NCBI GenBank assembly: GCA_963823335.1
Contig: CAWGLD010000002.1
Coordinates: forward strand, 105,044-169,043
Source of the DNA: an uncultured delta proteobacterium
Lineage (GTDB): Bacteria > Desulfobacterota > Desulfobacteria > Desulfobacterales > B30-G6
Length of the DNA: 64,000 nucleotides
Direction: 5' to 3'
Shown piece after piece: positions 37,756 to 47,606 of the stretch. Every line of letters starts with the position of its first letter. The first letter of the stretch is position 1. Below the pieces are notes generated by a model. It had not been told where the DNA came from and made no database searches. It worked only from the letters and a program-made list of their open reading frames with translations. The translations under genes were made by a program, and so were the position numbers.

Positions 37756-39069
37756 TCAACCGATCAGAACATTCTGGAACATCACGGCAAAACCGAGAAA
37801 AGCCAAAAAACCGAGCACATCCGTTACGGTTGTCAATATGATGCTGGAGCTCTGGGCCGGATCGATGCCGATTTTTTTCATAATCAGCGGGATAGAAGCC
37901 CCTGAAAGACCCGCGAAAACCAAATTCACCAGCATTCCGAGACCGATCACCAGGCCGAGGAAAGGGTTGCCGTACCACAGCCAGGCAACCACCGCCGTCA
38001 CTATACCGATAACAACTCCGTTAATGGCGCCGATTTTTCCTTCTTTCAACACCAGCTGAAACATCTTGTCCTTGGGGATCTCACGCATGACGATACCACG
38101 CATGACCACCGCCAGCGATTGGGCACCGGCGTTCCCGCCCTGTCCGGCCACCACAGGCAGAAAAACTGCCAGAATAGTCAATTTGGCAATGATGCCTTCG
38201 AACATGGCCACAACACCGGCAGCCATAAAGGCGGTCACCAGATTGATGTGCAGCCAGGGTAAGCGCTTCTTCAAAGAAAATATTATGGTCGAAGAAACAC
38301 GTTCATCACCACCGGCACCGAACATCCGTTGAATATCCTTGGTGGCTTCATCTTGAACACCGTGAATCATACGCTCGGCCTTGATAATACCGAGAACATG
38401 GTTTTCACTGTCCACAACCGGTGCGGCAAAAAACTTGCGTTTGGCAAGTTCGTTGGCAGCCTCCTGCTGGTCGATAAAACAATGCAGGGCAAAAAAATCT
38501 TTACGGCTGATTTCATCCAGCTTTTTTTCGGGTGCCGCGAGCATTAGGTCGCGCATATTCAACACACCCATGAGACGATTGTCGTCGTCAACAACATAGA
38601 CATATGATGACGGGAAACGTTTTTTTGCCAATGAGCGTATTTTATCAATTGCTTCTTCGGCAAGGCTGTCACCCCTCAAGGTGATGAAATCGGTGGTCAT
38701 GGTTCGGCCGATGCTGCCTTCCGGGTATTCCAGGAGTTCCCTGATCTGTCCCTTGAGTTTTTCAGAAATATGCTTGGTCATTCGCTCCCGGGCGTCCAGA
38801 GGCAGACGCATCAGTATCGAGGCCGCGAAGGAAGGATCGAGATGAGATGTCATTTCGCTGAGAAATGCATCATCGGCATCCTTTAGCAGTGTAGCGGCAT
38901 AACTGATTTGCAGAACCTTCACAACACGCACAACCAGCGTCATGGGAAGCGCCTTTAAAACCTCGACGGCTTCCTCTTCGGACATGCTCTCGAGAAGATG
39001 AACAGCGTTCTCCAAATCATGCTCAAAAAATTTATTTACAATGGGCTGCAATACATTGTTTTCTGTCAT
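37756..39069 (-). CDS. mgtE: Magnesium transporter MgtE
   Basis: YPEGSIGRTMTTDF, CBS pair, RLPWLHINL, GGNAGAQS and DPAQSSSIILTTVTDV motifs. Confidence 0.93.
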   Translation of the reverse strand: MTENNVLQPIVNKFFEHDLENAVHLLESMSEEEAVEVLKALPMTLVVRVVKVLQISYAATLLKDADDAFLSEMTSHLDPSFAASILMRLPLDARERMTKHISEKLKGQIRELLEYPEGSIGRTMTTDFITLRGDSLAEEAIDKIRSLAKKRFPSSYVYVVDDDNRLMGVLNMRDLMLAAPEKKLDEISRKDFFALHCFIDQQEAANELAKRKFFAAPVVDSENHVLGIIKAERMIHGVQDEATKDIQRMFGAGGDERVSSTIIFSLKKRLPWLHINLVTAFMAAGVVAMFEGIIAKLTILAVFLPVVAGQGGNAGAQSLAVVMRGIVMREIPKDKMFQLVLKEGKIGAINGVVIGIVTAVVAWLWYGNPFLGLVIGLGMLVNLVFAGLSGASIPLIMKKIGIDPAQSSSIILTTVTDVLGFLAFLGFAVMFQNVLIG

Positions 39070-39181
39070 GCTAACGTTCCTCTCTGCTTTCCAGAAACTG
39101 CTTTGGACAGGTCAATTTCCGCATGTAAAACCGACGGGCGAATGGCATAAAGGTCATAGTCACCGGAGAACTGCTGATTTC

Positions 39182-40372
39182 TCAATCCTTTGGTCTTTCG
39201 GGCAGATCCAGAACCTTCGGACGTCTTATTTTGCGAATATTTTTTGGGATCAGGTTGCGCATTAAATCCATTTTTCCAAAGCAAAGCAGCCGGTCACCCG
39301 CTTCAATTTGTCGCTGCGGTCTGGGGTTCGGGATAACGGTCGTTTCTCGATTAAGCGTCAGTACCAAAATGTCTTTTTCACGTAAACCAGACTCTTGGAT
39401 GGTTTTGCCGACGTACTCAGAGCCCTCTGGAATGGCTATTTCTGCAACACCATACCCACGGCTCACAGTAAGACGCTGGCGCAGGTCAATCTCTGGAAAA
39501 TTTATTTGAGCCGCTATGTAATCGATAACGGAGCCGGCAATGTCAAGCTGGGTGCATCCTTCAATACCTTCCAGGCCGGGAGAGGAATTTATTTCCATGA
39601 CTTGAGGGCCGGACTTTCCCTCGAGCATGTCAACACCTGCAACGCGAAGACCTACTATTTGGGCTGCTCGAACAGCGGTTTCACTATATGATTTGTCAAG
39701 AGAGATCGGCTCGGCTATGCCGCCCCGGTGAACATTACTTCGAAACTCCTGACCTTGTGCAACACGACGCATTGCTGCAACCACCTGATTGCCGACGACA
39801 AACGCTCTGATATCCCGGCCTTTGCTTTCAGCAACAAACTTCTGGATCAATACGTTTTGTTTTTGGCTCTGCAACAATTCGATTATGGCCTCGGCTGATT
39901 TTTCAGATTCGGCTAAAAGAACACCGATCCCCTGCGTTCCTTCAAGTAGTTTGATGACGACAGGCGCTCCACCGACTCTTTCTATTGCGGGCATCACGTC
40001 TTTCTTGTCGCGCACAAACGTTGTTTTAGGAATGCCGATTTGGTGTCGACTGAGGATTTGCAGGCAGCGAAGCTTGTCTCGTGAATTGGAGATGCTTGCT
40101 GACGAGTTTGCACAGAACACATCCATCTGCTCAAATTGCCTTACAACCGCTGTTCCGAAGTAGGTAATCGACGATCCGATCCTCGGCAATACGGCGTCAT
40201 ATTGCGAGAGGACTTTCTGATGAAAGTAAAGATTTGGCATGCCCTGTTCTAGGTCGATTGCGAACTTGATCGTATTGAGCACCTTAACGTTGTGCCCACG
40301 TTGCACGGCTGCTTCACGAAGCCGGCTTGTGCTGTAGCTCTTTGGACTGCGTGAAAGAATCGCTAGTTTCAT
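39182..40372 (-). CDS. rimK: RimK-family alpha-L-glutamate ligase fused to a C-terminal RCK_C (TrkA-C) domain
   Basis: YSTSRL, VLPRIGSSITYFG, KLLEGTQGIGV, FRSNVHRGG and EINSSPGLEGIE. Tail AEIAIPEGSEYVGKTIQESGLREKDILVLTLNR...IPNP...IEAGDRLLCFG. Confidence 0.9.
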   Translation of the reverse strand: MKLAILSRSPKSYSTSRLREAAVQRGHNVKVLNTIKFAIDLEQGMPNLYFHQKVLSQYDAVLPRIGSSITYFGTAVVRQFEQMDVFCANSSASISNSRDKLRCLQILSRHQIGIPKTTFVRDKKDVMPAIERVGGAPVVIKLLEGTQGIGVLLAESEKSAEAIIELLQSQKQNVLIQKFVAESKGRDIRAFVVGNQVVAAMRRVAQGQEFRSNVHRGGIAEPISLDKSYSETAVRAAQIVGLRVAGVDMLEGKSGPQVMEINSSPGLEGIEGCTQLDIAGSVIDYIAAQINFPEIDLRQRLTVSRGYGVAEIAIPEGSEYVGKTIQESGLREKDILVLTLNRETTVIPNPRPQRQIEAGDRLLCFGKMDLMRNLIPKNIRKIRRPKVLDLPERPKD

Positions 40373-40511
40373 TTAATCTCCTCTCTTTACGCTCACATTT
40401 CCATTTTTTGATACCTGTGAATAATACAACATGGAGAATGCCATTGCAATGGAGCAATCCGAACAAAAGCATGATAAATGCGTTCCTGCAGGGTTAGATG
40501 TTGCTCTATTC

Positions 40512-40657
40512 TAGAAGCCATCTCAAAAAAAGGGTTTTGGCTCAAGTTCAAGGCGGGCCCGAACTTCAACCCGCAGGCATACACAAGTATTCAGAGGAGT
40601 TGAAGCAAGGGACCAACACAGAAATTGGGCTAAAAAACTTTTTTGAGATAGCTTCTA
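40512..40657 (+). mobile_element. 146-bp TA-flanked MITE, family D
   Basis: TIRs TAGAAGCCATCTCAAAAAA / TTTTTTGAGATAGCTTCTA. Near-identical to 45485-45629. Confidence 0.85.
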
Positions 40658-40770
40658 ATAAAAGTGAAATTTCCGGTCACATACAAATTGGCGGACACGA
40701 CAACGATTATAGGGTTCCCCTTGAAATGTTCTCCCACCTGCTATAGTGTAAAAAAAATACGTACACTACC

Positions 40771-40821
40771 TGAACCGCAACAGCGAGTGCATTCCCCGTG
40801 GCTTGCTGCGAGGTTCTTCAA
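40771..40821 (+). repeat. Family-B element, diverged
   Basis: TGAACCGCAACAGCGAGTGCATTCCCCGTGGCTTGCTGCGAGGTTCTTCAA. Confidence 0.8.
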
Positions 40822-40848
40822 ATCATATCAAAAACAGGCTGGATAACA

Positions 40849-42189
40849 ATGAAACCATGGGCAATCGATGTATTGAAAATTTCAGCGGCCCTCCTGCTGG
40901 TACTTGTCAACGGATTTTTCGTGGCCGTTGAATTTGCCTTGGTAAAACTCAGGGAAGGGCAGCTTAACGACCTTATTCAAAAACAGAGGCCGTTCGCCAA
41001 AACAGCCTTATGGCTTCAACGCAGACTGGATGCCTCTTTATCTGCCTGTCAGTTGGGCATCACCATGGCCTCACTAGGACTTGGATGGATCGGTGAGCCG
41101 GCCATCGCCCACCTGCTGCGACCGGTATTGATGATGCTGGGAATTGAATCCGACTTCTGGCTGCATGGTATTGCCTTTGTTGTGGCATTTACGCTTATAA
41201 CCTCCGCCCACTTGGTTATCGGCGAGCAGACACCCAAGATCTATGCTCTCAGGCGACCGGAGACGGTAGCTTTAATGTGCGCCATGCCGTTAAAAGCTTT
41301 TTATTACTTTTCATACCCGTTGATGGCCGCATTGAATGCCAGCACGTCATTTTTGCTCACCCTGGCCGGTGTCGATCCCAAAACGTCGCACCACGAGGTT
41401 CCCACTGAGGCGGAACTCCGGACCCTTCTCCAACAGGCAAGAACACACGGTCATCTCAGCCGATCGGAACATCGTCTGATCAGCGCGGTTCTTGAATTCG
41501 ACGACCTGGTGTGCCGGAAAGTCATGCAGCCTCGTATCGATGTCGTTTATCTTAATATTGACAAACCCCTGGATGAGAACCTGGCCCTCATCTTAAAAGA
41601 CACGCATTCACGTTACCCGGTATGTCAGGGGTCATTGGACAGTGTACTGGGAATTGTTCACATTAAAGATTTAATCAGTCTGGCAGGCGATGAAAAAATT
41701 GACCTGCGATCGATCCTCAGACCATGTCAGTTTGTGCCTGAAACCATACCTGTCAGTCGACTGCTACGCAAGTTCCAGGCCTCCCATCAACATATGGCTT
41801 TTGTGGTGGATGAATACGGTATCACCGTCGGTGTGGTCACGTTGGAGGATGTCATCGAACAGATCGTCGGTCCGGTGGAGGATGAGTTCGACGAAATTGT
41901 TCCGCAAATTACACCTGAATCGGAGAATAGTTTTGTTGTTCTAGGCAATACACCCATTGAAACGGTGAACCAGGCATTGAACCTCAGCCTGGATGCCAAG
42001 CTGGCAGATACTTTTTCGGGCTTTTTAATGTCGTCAAGCGAGCAAGTTCTTTCCCGTGGTGACACCATCAAACTGCCGGGTGCCCAGGCTGAAGTTCAGG
42101 AGATTGATGGCCTGCGTGCAAAGAAAGTCCGGGTGATCATTGATGCGCCAATCCAGGACATCGAAACGAAGGATGCTGAAACAAATTAA
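40849..42189 (+). CDS. Hemolysin/CNNM-CBS-CorC family membrane protein (Mg2+ export-like)
   Basis: NGFFVAVEFALV, LSACQLGITMASLGLGWIGEP, HSRYPV and VVDEYG..VGVVTLEDVIEQIVG.VEDEFD motifs. Confidence 0.9.
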   Translation: MKPWAIDVLKISAALLLVLVNGFFVAVEFALVKLREGQLNDLIQKQRPFAKTALWLQRRLDASLSACQLGITMASLGLGWIGEPAIAHLLRPVLMMLGIESDFWLHGIAFVVAFTLITSAHLVIGEQTPKIYALRRPETVALMCAMPLKAFYYFSYPLMAALNASTSFLLTLAGVDPKTSHHEVPTEAELRTLLQQARTHGHLSRSEHRLISAVLEFDDLVCRKVMQPRIDVVYLNIDKPLDENLALILKDTHSRYPVCQGSLDSVLGIVHIKDLISLAGDEKIDLRSILRPCQFVPETIPVSRLLRKFQASHQHMAFVVDEYGITVGVVTLEDVIEQIVGPVEDEFDEIVPQITPESENSFVVLGNTPIETVNQALNLSLDAKLADTFSGFLMSSSEQVLSRGDTIKLPGAQAEVQEIDGLRAKKVRVIIDAPIQDIETKDAETN

Positions 42190-42333
42190 CATACTGAGTA
42201 AAATGATCTTGGGAATTGTGTTTGCTGTCGCGGTTCAAGTTGAAGAAATTTTTATTGGGTTCTGGTGTTGGGTTGTGTATCATAACTGAGAGGACAGGGG
42301 ACAGAAAGCCATTCTACCGGAGGGGCTAACACC

Positions 42334-42834
42334 ATGAAACAGAACAAAATCACCATCGGATGGCGGGAGTGGCTGGCATTACCAGATCTGGGTGTCCGGG
42401 CTATAAAAGCCAAGATCGACACGGGTGCCCGAACATCGGCTTTGCACACCTTTGGGCTGAAATCCTTTGAGGAAGATGGAATTCTCAAAGTGAAGTTCAG
42501 AATACATCCGCTGCAGCTTCGAAAGGATGTTAATATCACCTGTGTAGCAGATGTAATAGATCGGCGACATGTTACCAGCTCCGATGGCAAAAGAGAGATG
42601 CGCTTTGTTATAATCACATCTGTCGTTTTGGGAGATACTACCTGGCCGGTTGAAATGACATTGACAAACCGGGATTCCATGCGATTTCGCATGCTGCTGG
42701 GCCGTGCCGCCGTCAGCGGTCGGGTGGTTGTCGATCCCGGAAAATCTTATCTTTGCGGCCGCAGGCTCACCAAGATTTATTCCAAACACAAGAAAAAAAC
42801 TAAAGGTATCATCATGATAAAGGAAAGAGACTGA
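42334..42834 (+). CDS. RimB-like retropepsin-fold protease (annotated ATP-dependent zinc protease family)
   Basis: IGWREW, AKIDTGARTSALH and TLTNRDSMRFRMLLGR motifs. Confidence 0.88.
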   Translation: MKQNKITIGWREWLALPDLGVRAIKAKIDTGARTSALHTFGLKSFEEDGILKVKFRIHPLQLRKDVNITCVADVIDRRHVTSSDGKREMRFVIITSVVLGDTTWPVEMTLTNRDSMRFRMLLGRAAVSGRVVVDPGKSYLCGRRLTKIYSKHKKKTKGIIMIKERD

Positions 42835-43847
42835 TGCAATCAGCGATAACCGTGGCCGGCAGCAAGATCAAGCCGGGACAACAGATAACGGTGCGGGTTC
42901 CTGTTGCCCGTTTATACACCCATAACGAAATGGCCATGCCGGTGCATGTGGTGCACGGCCGGCGTGAAGGCCCCCGTATGTTCCTTTGCGGTGCCATTCA
43001 TGGTGACGAAATCATCGGGACGGAGGTCATCCGGCGTCTGATAAAACTGAAAAGACTGAAGTCGATTATCGGCACACTCCTTGCGGTTCCTGTTGTCAAT
43101 ATTTATGGGTTTCTGCAGCAGTCGCGTTATTCCCCGGATCGCCGTGATCTTAACCGGTTTTTCCCGGGATCGGAAAAAGGATCGTTGACCTCGCAGCTGG
43201 CAGACACCGTTATGAAGGAAGTGATTCAAGGGAGCACCCACGGGATCGATTTGCATGCCGGTTCCAACCATCGGGCAAATCTGCCTCAGATCAGGGCGGA
43301 CATCGATAACCCTGAAACGCTTCGGCTGTCCAAAGCCTTCAAAGTGCCGGTGGTTATTAATTCAAGAACGCGTGAGGGCTCCTTGAGGCATGCCGCCGTC
43401 GCCATGGGGGTAACGGCGCTCCTGTACGAAGCCGGTGAGGTACTGCGGTTCGATGAAATGGCGATCCGGGCCGGAGTGCGCGGTGTTGTATCGGTCATGG
43501 AAACGCTGGGAATGCTGAAACCAAAACGATCGGGCATCTCCGACATCGACCCCTTGATTGCGGATACAACCTCATGGGTTCGGGCCCCGCTAAGTGGTCT
43601 TCTGCGAATGCTGGTTCCGCTGGGGGCGCGGGTGACCAAGAATTCCAAGATTGGCATAATCGCCGATCCTTTTGGCGGGGAGGAAATGGATATCCGTTCG
43701 CCCGTATCCGGGATGGTCATCGGCCGTTTGAACCTGCCTCTGGTTCACCAGGGCGACGCTGTCATCCATATCGCGCATCTGGATCGGCTCACGGGTATCG
43801 AGCCCATCATCGAAGAATTCAGGGAAGAAATTACCGAAGACAGTTAA
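42834..43847 (+). CDS. Succinylglutamate desuccinylase/aspartoacylase family (M14-like) hydrolase
   Basis: GAIHGDE, RRDLNRFFPG, IDLHAG and YEAGE motifs. TGATG overlap with the upstream gene. Confidence 0.9.
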   Translation: MQSAITVAGSKIKPGQQITVRVPVARLYTHNEMAMPVHVVHGRREGPRMFLCGAIHGDEIIGTEVIRRLIKLKRLKSIIGTLLAVPVVNIYGFLQQSRYSPDRRDLNRFFPGSEKGSLTSQLADTVMKEVIQGSTHGIDLHAGSNHRANLPQIRADIDNPETLRLSKAFKVPVVINSRTREGSLRHAAVAMGVTALLYEAGEVLRFDEMAIRAGVRGVVSVMETLGMLKPKRSGISDIDPLIADTTSWVRAPLSGLLRMLVPLGARVTKNSKIGIIADPFGGEEMDIRSPVSGMVIGRLNLPLVHQGDAVIHIAHLDRLTGIEPIIEEFREEITEDS

Positions 43848-43926
43848 TCAACTTGCTTTTCGATCTATCATTCAAGCATCTGATTCGGATGCATTGGGGT
43901 GTATTGCTATATTGTTTAATGGTGCT

Positions 43927-45144
43927 ATGAACCAGTCAATAACCACGACACTCCGGGTGTTCGTTCCTTTTGCACTCGGGTACTTCCTCTCCTACCTCTA
44001 CAGGGTCGTCAATGTTGTACTAGCGCCGGATCTTGTGAATGACCTGGGTATCGGGCCCTCGGCGCTTGGGCTGCTTACGGCTACCTACTTTATTTCATTT
44101 GCGTCTGTACAACTGCCCCTGGGTGTTCTGCTGGATCGATTCGGGCCCCGAAAGGTGCAGGCATTTCTTTTGATTTTTGCGGGTCTTGGCGCCTTTGTTT
44201 TTGCCAGATCGGTCACACTGACCGGTCTTGTCATCGGCCGGGCTTTCATCGGTTTCGGGGTAGCGGCCTGCCTGATGGCGGCATTCAAAGCTTATGTGCT
44301 GTGGTTCCCGAAACAGCAGTGGCCCCTGGCAAACGGCTTCCAAATGGCCGCAGGGGGACTTGGGGCACTGGCCGCAACTACCCCTGTGGAGGCGGCCCTG
44401 CAAATTACCGACTGGCGCGGAATATTCACCATACTGGCGCTCATCACCCTGCTGGTTGCAGTCATCATTTTCCTGGTGGTTCCTGAAAAATCTGAGCGTG
44501 AAAAGGGGCAAAGCTTCGGCGATCAAATGCGCGGGGTCCGGAAGGTATTTTCCAGCCGGGAGTTCTGGCGAACAGCACCACTGACCACAATGTCCCAGGC
44601 GAGTTTTCTTTCCATCCAAGGACTCTGGACAGGCCCATGGCTGAGGGATGTGGCTGGAATGGATCGTACAGCCGTGGCCAGGTCGTTACTGTGGATAGCG
44701 GTTGCCATGGTCGCGGGTTTCATCTCACTGGGCACACTTGCAGAACGCTTGAGTCGGATCGGCATCAGTGCCCTGGCCACAGCCGTAACCGGTACATGCC
44801 TTTTTATGATAGTCCAGACCGCCATTGTCCTGGAGTTTAGCGACAGGCACATGTTGTTATGGGTCTGTTTCGGCTTTTTTGGTACCTCCAATATCATCAC
44901 CTATGCATCACTTTCACAAAATTTTCCGGCGTACCTCTCCGGCCGGGTAACAACCGGCCTTAATCTGCTGGTGTTCGTCGCTGCGTTTGCAGGCCAGTGG
45001 ACCATTGGGGCCATTATCGGTATCTGGCCGGTCGGTGAGAACGGCAGCTATGCCCTGCCAGGTTATCAGGCCGGATTTGCCGTCATGCTGGGCACCCAGG
45101 TGGTATGTCTCATATGGTTTGTCATACTTTCTCTCAGGAAATGA
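43927..45144 (+). CDS. MFS transporter
   Basis: About 12 hydrophobic segments and the GVLLDRFGPRK MFS motif A. Confidence 0.88.
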   Translation: MNQSITTTLRVFVPFALGYFLSYLYRVVNVVLAPDLVNDLGIGPSALGLLTATYFISFASVQLPLGVLLDRFGPRKVQAFLLIFAGLGAFVFARSVTLTGLVIGRAFIGFGVAACLMAAFKAYVLWFPKQQWPLANGFQMAAGGLGALAATTPVEAALQITDWRGIFTILALITLLVAVIIFLVVPEKSEREKGQSFGDQMRGVRKVFSSREFWRTAPLTTMSQASFLSIQGLWTGPWLRDVAGMDRTAVARSLLWIAVAMVAGFISLGTLAERLSRIGISALATAVTGTCLFMIVQTAIVLEFSDRHMLLWVCFGFFGTSNIITYASLSQNFPAYLSGRVTTGLNLLVFVAAFAGQWTIGAIIGIWPVGENGSYALPGYQAGFAVMLGTQVVCLIWFVILSLRK

Positions 45145-45209
45145 TTCCCTCCCACGCGGGTCTGTTTTGTCGTAGGCCCAATCCTCAGGATCTAAATATG
45201 GATGCAGAA

Positions 45210-45480
45210 TTCTCCCAATTAGTTGGGAGAAAGGGTACAAGGTGTCCAGGATTCAAGGATTCAAGTGTTTGTTTTCCAGGGATTTGATCATCGCTTTGAG
45301 GATTCGCTCGACATCCCCTTTTGGAAAACGTTTCGTATCTTTATATATATGCAAACAAAGGCTTATGTACGATTTTTGCCAAACATTTAACTCTTTATAA
45401 TTTTTAAGCATTACACTCGAATCCTGGACCCCTGGAATCCTGGAATCCTTAATTTGGATCAACTCTTTGGAAGATGATCC
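45210..45480 (-). pseudogene. Internally deleted copy of the four-helix-bundle cassette
   Basis: Retains both end regions and octamer repeats. Translates MLKNYKELNVWQKSY..LCLHIYK..K.FPK fused directly to GDVERILKAMIKSLENKHL. Confidence 0.85.
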
Positions 45481-45484
45481 ATAA

Positions 45485-45629
45485 TAGAAGCCATATCAAA
45501 AAAGGGTTTTGGCTCAAGTTCAAGGCGGGTCCGAACTTCAACCCGCAGGCATGCTCAAGTATTCCGAGGAGTTGAAGCAAGGGGCCAACACAGAAATTGG
45601 GCTAAAAAACTTTTTTGAGATAGCTTCTA
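45485..45629 (+). mobile_element. 145-bp TA-flanked MITE, family D
   Basis: TAGAAGCCATATCAAAAAA...TTTTTTGAGATAGCTTCTA. Confidence 0.85.
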
Positions 45630-45655
45630 AATGGCGACAAATGAAATAACTTAAC

Positions 45656-46993
45656 TCATCCGTTATAATGCTTTAGCAATTCATAAATGGCCTTTGCTCC
45701 AAAGTCCATTGCTTCAACTGGTATCCGCTCATCGGCAGCATGGATCACCTCAAAAAAATTGAATCCAACCGGCAACTTCATTGGGGTAAAACCATACGTT
45801 TGAATCCCCAATCGTGAAAAAACACGAGCATCGGTAAACGCAGGGAGCAACATGGGCATAGGTATTCCATCCGGATCTGCTTCCCGCAATATACCTGCCA
45901 ATGTGTTGAATAAACCCATGTCAGGCTCAGCAGGGTTAGGTTCATATCTTAGCAATTCAAGCTCCACCTCTTCTCCAATGACTTGCTGTAATTCAGTCAG
46001 CATATCCTCAGAACTGAAACCGGGCAGCAAACGTCCATCCAACTCAACGGTTATTTCACTCGGGATAACATTAATTTTTTTTCCACCTCGAACGATGGTA
46101 GCGTTAATAGTGTTATGGAGCAGAGGATCAAAGTATTGGCTGACATCTCCTAAGAGCTTCAGGATGCTGTTTGTAAGAAAAGGGTTTAGAAGCTGACGGA
46201 AAATTAGCCCTTTTGGAAACGACAAGTTAGATGCAATTATTTCAATCATCTGACGTGGAACAGGTGTTATGTGTACCGGAAGGCGGTGTTTCTCCAGCCG
46301 TTGCAATAAATCTGCTAATTTTGCCATGGCACCACCTCGCATGGGACGGGCGCCGTGCCCACCAGGTCCGTGTATGGTCACTTTTATCCAGCAGACTTGC
46401 TTCTCTGCAATTTGAATAGGATAAAACTTTTTCGTCCCCACATGAGCGGTATAACCTCCGAATTCTCCTATGGCATATCGGATTCCTGCAAATTGATCCG
46501 AGTGGTTCTCCACTAAATACTTGGCTCCGTATTCACTTCCTGCCTCCTCATCACATAGAATTACGAGCACTATATCTCCCGAGGGAGCGAGGCCTTCGGC
46601 TTTGGCACGCAAGACTGCCGCCAACATCATGGCGATACCGCCTTTCATGTCCAGGGCCCCACGACCCCATATAAAGCTATTTACTATTTTTGCCTCAAAC
46701 GGTGGGTAGGTCCATGTCTGTTTTGCCGTTGAGACCACATCCACATGTCCATATAACATGAATGGAGCAGCTTTGCCTTGTCCCTTTAAGCGAGCAATCA
46801 AATTGGGTCGGTCCTTGTCTTTGGCAAAAAACGCTGTATCAAAACCCGCTTTTTTCAGAAGTTCATTAATGTAAGTAATGCACGGAGTCTCATTTCCAGG
46901 TGGGTTTGTCGTATCAATGCGGATGAGGTTCTGCAACAATTCTACTGGACGCTCATAAATTGGTCTGTTTTCTGCAGACAATAAGGTAGCCAT
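45656..46993 (-). CDS. M20/M25/M40 family metallopeptidase
   Basis: YGHVDVV, WGRGALDMKG, DEEAG and IHAADERI motifs. Confidence 0.9.
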   Translation of the reverse strand: MATLLSAENRPIYERPVELLQNLIRIDTTNPPGNETPCITYINELLKKAGFDTAFFAKDKDRPNLIARLKGQGKAAPFMLYGHVDVVSTAKQTWTYPPFEAKIVNSFIWGRGALDMKGGIAMMLAAVLRAKAEGLAPSGDIVLVILCDEEAGSEYGAKYLVENHSDQFAGIRYAIGEFGGYTAHVGTKKFYPIQIAEKQVCWIKVTIHGPGGHGARPMRGGAMAKLADLLQRLEKHRLPVHITPVPRQMIEIIASNLSFPKGLIFRQLLNPFLTNSILKLLGDVSQYFDPLLHNTINATIVRGGKKINVIPSEITVELDGRLLPGFSSEDMLTELQQVIGEEVELELLRYEPNPAEPDMGLFNTLAGILREADPDGIPMPMLLPAFTDARVFSRLGIQTYGFTPMKLPVGFNFFEVIHAADERIPVEAMDFGAKAIYELLKHYNG

Positions 46994-47441
46994 TTCTTAC
47001 CTCGTTTTGGGAGGTGAGTAGAAATTACGTTTGAGCAGTGGTACAGATACATTGAGATCATCATGCCCTGATATTCTGAAAATCCTGCCAGAAATTTAGT
47101 GTTCCGGCAAGCGAAAAAGGTGCGATACTCTCAAATCATGGAGAACAGGCGGCCTTGGAATACCGATAATATCTCTGGTGATCACCCAATTTTAAGATCG
47201 TTTCATCACCAATAATTCGAATGCATAATATTCTTGACCTGGTACCCCGCAATGATGGTATCTGTAATTTTAGCGGGGTGGCGATGGTCCATGTATCTGT
47301 AATTTCGATGATACTGCTCTAAGTATATGGTATTACCTTGCATTGCAAGCTATCAGGTTATTTTGTGTTCCATATGGAATGTCAATTAGATGTCTATTTA
47401 ATATTTCTAATTGGAACAAAAACAAGATGTCTTTATAATAT

Positions 47442-47606
47442 GGATCTTCTCCCAATCAGTTGGGAGAAAGGGTCCAAGGGGTCCAGGATTCTAGGATTCA
47501 AGTGTTTGTTTTCCTGGAATTTGATCTTTGCGTTCAGCATTCTCTCGACTTCACCGTTTTGTATATATGCAAACAAAGCTTATATGATTTTTGCCAAACG
47601 TTTAAT
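47442..47606 (-). pseudogene. Second deleted/truncated copy of the four-helix-bundle cassette
   Basis: Starts GGATCTTCTCCCAATCAGTTGGGAGAAAGGG, with octamer repeats and remnants of both gene ends but a different internal deletion. Confidence 0.8.

Noticed and set aside
40393-40846. Short ORFs between rimK and the CorC-like gene
   Set aside because: They are translations of the family-D MITE and a family-B repeat.
47020-47345. Possible degraded gene upstream of the M20 peptidase
   Set aside because: Stops in the frames examined and no recognisable motif.
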